A stretch of 64,000 nucleotides of DNA from Thermoleophilia bacterium (GTDB lineage Bacteria; Actinomycetota; Thermoleophilia; UBA2241): NCBI GenBank assembly GCA_040776965.1, contig JAXGZO010000001.1, positions 593,419 to 657,418 of the forward strand, written 5' to 3'. Below are positions 61,370 through 64,000 of the stretch, one piece after another. The position numbers and the translations under genes are program-made. Within the stretch, counting starts at the first letter, position 1. Each line of letters opens with the position of its first letter. Under the pieces are notes generated by a model. That model made no database searches. It saw only the letters and a list, made by a program, of their open reading frames with translations, and had not been told where the DNA came from.

Positions 61370-62200
61370 ATGCAGGAGCTGCGCGAGGGTGTTTGGTTGC
61401 ACGGCGCCGTGGCCGATGGGTTTCCGACGGTCGCCGCCCTCGTCTTTACGGCGACCCACGCCTTCGTGATCGACACGCTGTGCTCGCCCGGCGACATGGC
61501 GCCGGTGTGCGAGCACATCGCCCGCTTCGGTGCGAGGAGGCGAACGCTCGTGATCAATACTCATCATCACTGGGATCACGTGTACGGCAACGCGGCCTTT
61601 CCCTCCGCCGTTCTCTTCGCACACGAGTCGTGTCCCGGGCTCCTTCGCTCTCATCTCCTTGAGGAGGATGTGCCGCCTCCGCCGCCCGAGGGCGTGCCGA
61701 TCCCCAGCGCGACCTTCAGAGATCGCGTCACCTGCGGCGATGCGGAGGATCCCCTGCAGCTACTGCACGCTCCGGGCCACACGCAGGACTCACTCGTCGC
61801 CCTGTTGCCCTCCACCGGCGTCCTCTTCGGCGGCGACGCGGTGGAGTGGCCGCTGCCGAGCTTTGAGCAGCGCGGCGGCGTGAGGGCCTGGCTGCGGACG
61901 CTCCGTGCGCTCAAGCGTCTCGACTTCTCGCTCATCGTCCCGAGCCACGGGCCTCCCATGGACCGCTCTCTGCTGCGGGCAAACGAGCGCTATATCGTCG
62001 AGACCTCCGAGGCGGTTGAGCGGGAGTGGCGCCGGGGGAGGGGGAGGAGGGAGCTCGACCTGCCGGCGGAACGCTTTCTCGCTCCGGGGGTCGAGGTCGA
62101 CGCCCTTTATCGGGCGGCCCACGAGGCGAACCTTCGGTGGCTATGGGAGGAGTGCGAGCTGGGCTTCTTCGACCCGAACGGCATGCGGCAAAAAGAGTAG
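61370..62200 (+). CDS. MBL-fold metallo-hydrolase
   Basis: THHHWDH and downstream His/Asp motifs. Confidence 0.85.
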   Translation: MQELREGVWLHGAVADGFPTVAALVFTATHAFVIDTLCSPGDMAPVCEHIARFGARRRTLVINTHHHWDHVYGNAAFPSAVLFAHESCPGLLRSHLLEEDVPPPPPEGVPIPSATFRDRVTCGDAEDPLQLLHAPGHTQDSLVALLPSTGVLFGGDAVEWPLPSFEQRGGVRAWLRTLRALKRLDFSLIVPSHGPPMDRSLLRANERYIVETSEAVEREWRRGRGRRELDLPAERFLAPGVEVDALYRAAHEANLRWLWEECELGFFDPNGMRQKE

Positions 62201-62251
62201 ACATTCCCCGTGAATATGTGTACAAAGGGGATCTAAGGAGGTGAGAGGTTC

Positions 62252-62482
62252 ATGACTGAACTCAAAGAGCAGGTCGAGCGGGCCCTCGGCGATATCCGCC
62301 CGGCTCTTCAGGCCGATGGCGGCGATATCGAGTTGATCGACGTAGTGGATGGCGTGGTTCAGGTTCGCCTGCAAGGGGCGTGTGCAGGGTGCCCCATGTC
62401 GCAGATCACCCTAACCGACGGCGTGGAGCGTCATCTTAAAAACGTCGTACCCGGCGTGGAGCGTGTGGAGAACTTCGCCTAA
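62252..62482 (+). CDS. NifU-like (Nfu C-terminal domain) Fe-S cluster assembly protein
   Basis: CxxC (CAGCPMS) in a NifU C-terminal fold. Strong RBS AAGGAGGTGAG. Confidence 0.85.
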   Translation: MTELKEQVERALGDIRPALQADGGDIELIDVVDGVVQVRLQGACAGCPMSQITLTDGVERHLKNVVPGVERVENFA

Positions 62483-62693
62483 GAGGGCGAGACATCGTTC
62501 GCGATAGTGCGGCCGGCCGGCGAGCCTCTCCGGGCTTCGCCGGCCGGTTTCGTTTTCCGGGGCAGTCGTCTTTACCGTTTGTTTATACGCCGCTCATCGG
62601 AGAGCGGTATACTTTCTCCACAGGAGAGGATGAGGCGAGCTCTTGGCGTACGCGTTGGTGCGCCGAGGGTCGTCTCTGGATAACGGGGGGGCA

Positions 62694-64000
62694 ATGACAG
62701 CGCCGGAAGAACACACAAGCAGTTCGGAGTGCGATCGAACGATCTCCCCCTCTGCGGAGGAGTTCCTCAGCAACATGCCTGTCGATCTCGACGATGACGA
62801 CCTTCGAGATCCAGACCTCTTTTTTAACCGCGAGCTGAGCACGCTCGAGTTCTTTCAGCGGGTGCTCGATGAGTCGTACGACCTCACCAACCCACTCCTG
62901 GAGCGTCTCAAGTACGTCGGCATCACCAGCTCCATTCTCGGCGAGTTCTTCATGGTGCGTATCGCCGGCCTGCGTCAGCAGGTCGAGGCCGGTGTCACCA
63001 GCGCCGCGGCAGATGGCTGGACGCCCCAAAAGCTTTTGCCGGCCGTCCGTATGCGCGCGTTCGAACTCATGGAGGCGGCGCGCACGCGGCTCTCGGAGCT
63101 CATGCCCGAGCTCAGGGAGGCGGGTATCCACATCGTAGAGTACGAGGAGCTCAACGCCGAGCAAAAGGCCGAGCTCGCGAAGTATTACGATGCCCAGATC
63201 TTCCCCGTGCTGACGCCCCTCGCCTTCGACCCAGGCCGCCCCTTCCCCCACATCTCGAATATGAGCCACAACCTGGCGGTGACGGTGCGCGACCGCGCGG
63301 GCGAAGACCACTTCGCGCGGGTCAAGATCCCCTCGGTGCTGCCGCGTCTCATTAAGGTGTCCTCCGCCAAAGAGGGGCAGTGGTTCGCCTGGCTCGAGCA
63401 GGTGATCGCGGCTAACCTCGGCACGTTGTTCCCCGGCATGGAGATTATCGAGTCGAGTCCGTTTCGCGTAACTCGCGACGCCGACCTTGAGATTCAAGAG
63501 CTCGAGGCCGACGACCTCCTCGAGACCATCGAGCAGTTCGTCCGCCGCCGCCGCTTTGGCTCGGTTATTCGCGTGACGATCGACGACACCATGCCCGAGC
63601 ACACGGCCGCCCTGCTTAAGGAGAACCTCGAGCTCGCGGACCACGACCTCTACGTGGTGAAGTCACCACTCGGGCTCAGCGATCTCGGCAGCCTGAGCTG
63701 GGTCGATGCCCCCGAGCACAAATACCCGCCGCTCGTTCAGGCGGTCGCGCCGTCCTTGCGCGGCGTAGAGGGCTCCGACATCTTCGCCGCCATTCGCCAG
63801 CGCGACGTGCTCATCCACCACCCCTACGAGACCTTCGACTCGGTGGTGGAGCTCATGAACGCCGCCGCGGAGGACCCCGACGTACTGGCCATTAAGACGA
63901 CGCTCTACCGGGTGGGTCGCAACGCCCCCATCGTCGACGCCCTCATGCAGGCGGCGGCGAACGGCAAGCAGGTCGCCGCGCTCGTGGAGCTCAAGGCCCG
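62694..64000 (+). CDS. ppk: Polyphosphate kinase 1 (5' part; continues beyond window)
   Basis: ATG at 62694 follows GGGGGGG. DPDLFFNRELSTLEFFQRVL is a hallmark PPK1 N-terminus. The ORF is not in the track because it has no in-window stop. Confidence 0.93.
   Translation, partial: MTAPEEHTSSSECDRTISPSAEEFLSNMPVDLDDDDLRDPDLFFNRELSTLEFFQRVLDESYDLTNPLLERLKYVGITSSILGEFFMVRIAGLRQQVEAGVTSAAADGWTPQKLLPAVRMRAFELMEAARTRLSELMPELREAGIHIVEYEELNAEQKAELAKYYDAQIFPVLTPLAFDPGRPFPHISNMSHNLAVTVRDRAGEDHFARVKIPSVLPRLIKVSSAKEGQWFAWLEQVIAANLGTLFPGMEIIESSPFRVTRDADLEIQELEADDLLETIEQFVRRRRFGSVIRVTIDDTMPEHTAALLKENLELADHDLYVVKSPLGLSDLGSLSWVDAPEHKYPPLVQAVAPSLRGVEGSDIFAAIRQRDVLIHHPYETFDSVVELMNAAAEDPDVLAIKTTLYRVGRNAPIVDALMQAAANGKQVAALVELKA

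Noticed and set aside
62583-63644. 353-aa minus-strand ORF within the ppk region
   Set aside because: The plus strand encodes an unmistakable PPK1 N-terminus (DPDLFFNRELS...). The ORF track missed it only because it lacks an in-window stop.

Overview
This is a high-GC (roughly two-thirds G+C) and densely coded chromosomal window. Gene content and order suggest an anaerobic, Actinobacteria-like organism, although composition alone cannot assign taxonomy. The main blocks are: a holB-ricT fragment; an inositol/phosphatidylinositol locus (CDP-alcohol phosphatidyltransferase, Ino1, GT4-PHP fusion); the heat-shock locus dnaK-hsp20-grpE-dnaJ-hspR-clpC; surE-HAD-ligA; a tRNA cluster with lone rpsR; aroA-aroK-aroC followed by a leader-peptide attenuator and DAHP synthase-pheA-tyrA; and a ~12 kb minus-strand [FeFe]-hydrogenase supercluster (rex, DRTGG, PHP, HATPase, hydC, 2Fe-2S protein, hydB-gltD fusion, hydA, hydG, TM1266-like, hydF, hydE). 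gdhA, a rhomboid protease, an MBL hydrolase, a NifU-like protein and a partial ppk complete the set. About 66 CDSs and 7 tRNAs are called. No CRISPR array, integrase or transposase was found.

Most notable observations:
- A translationally coupled operon of a large MoxR-like AAA+ ATPase, a vWA-domain protein and a 7-repeat propeller-like protein, none matching a characterised system.
- A ~3.9 kb low-GC (~35%) island encoding a PilZ-membrane-fusion protein plus a GT2 synthase fused to a beta-helix domain (Alg44/Alg8-like, c-di-GMP-gated exopolysaccharide synthase candidate). The window also holds two GGDEF proteins, one of them compositionally chimeric.
- A GT4-PHP phosphoesterase fusion directly after PIP synthase and Ino1, a candidate missing PIP phosphatase.
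- An aromatic leader peptide (FFFSYYYF) with an intrinsic terminator upstream of the DAHP synthase-pheA-tyrA genes.
- HydB fused to a GltD-like NADPH module, and a non-canonical SSCSP L1 motif in HydA.

Many long antisense and alternate-frame ORFs in the track are GC-composition artifacts and were rejected.
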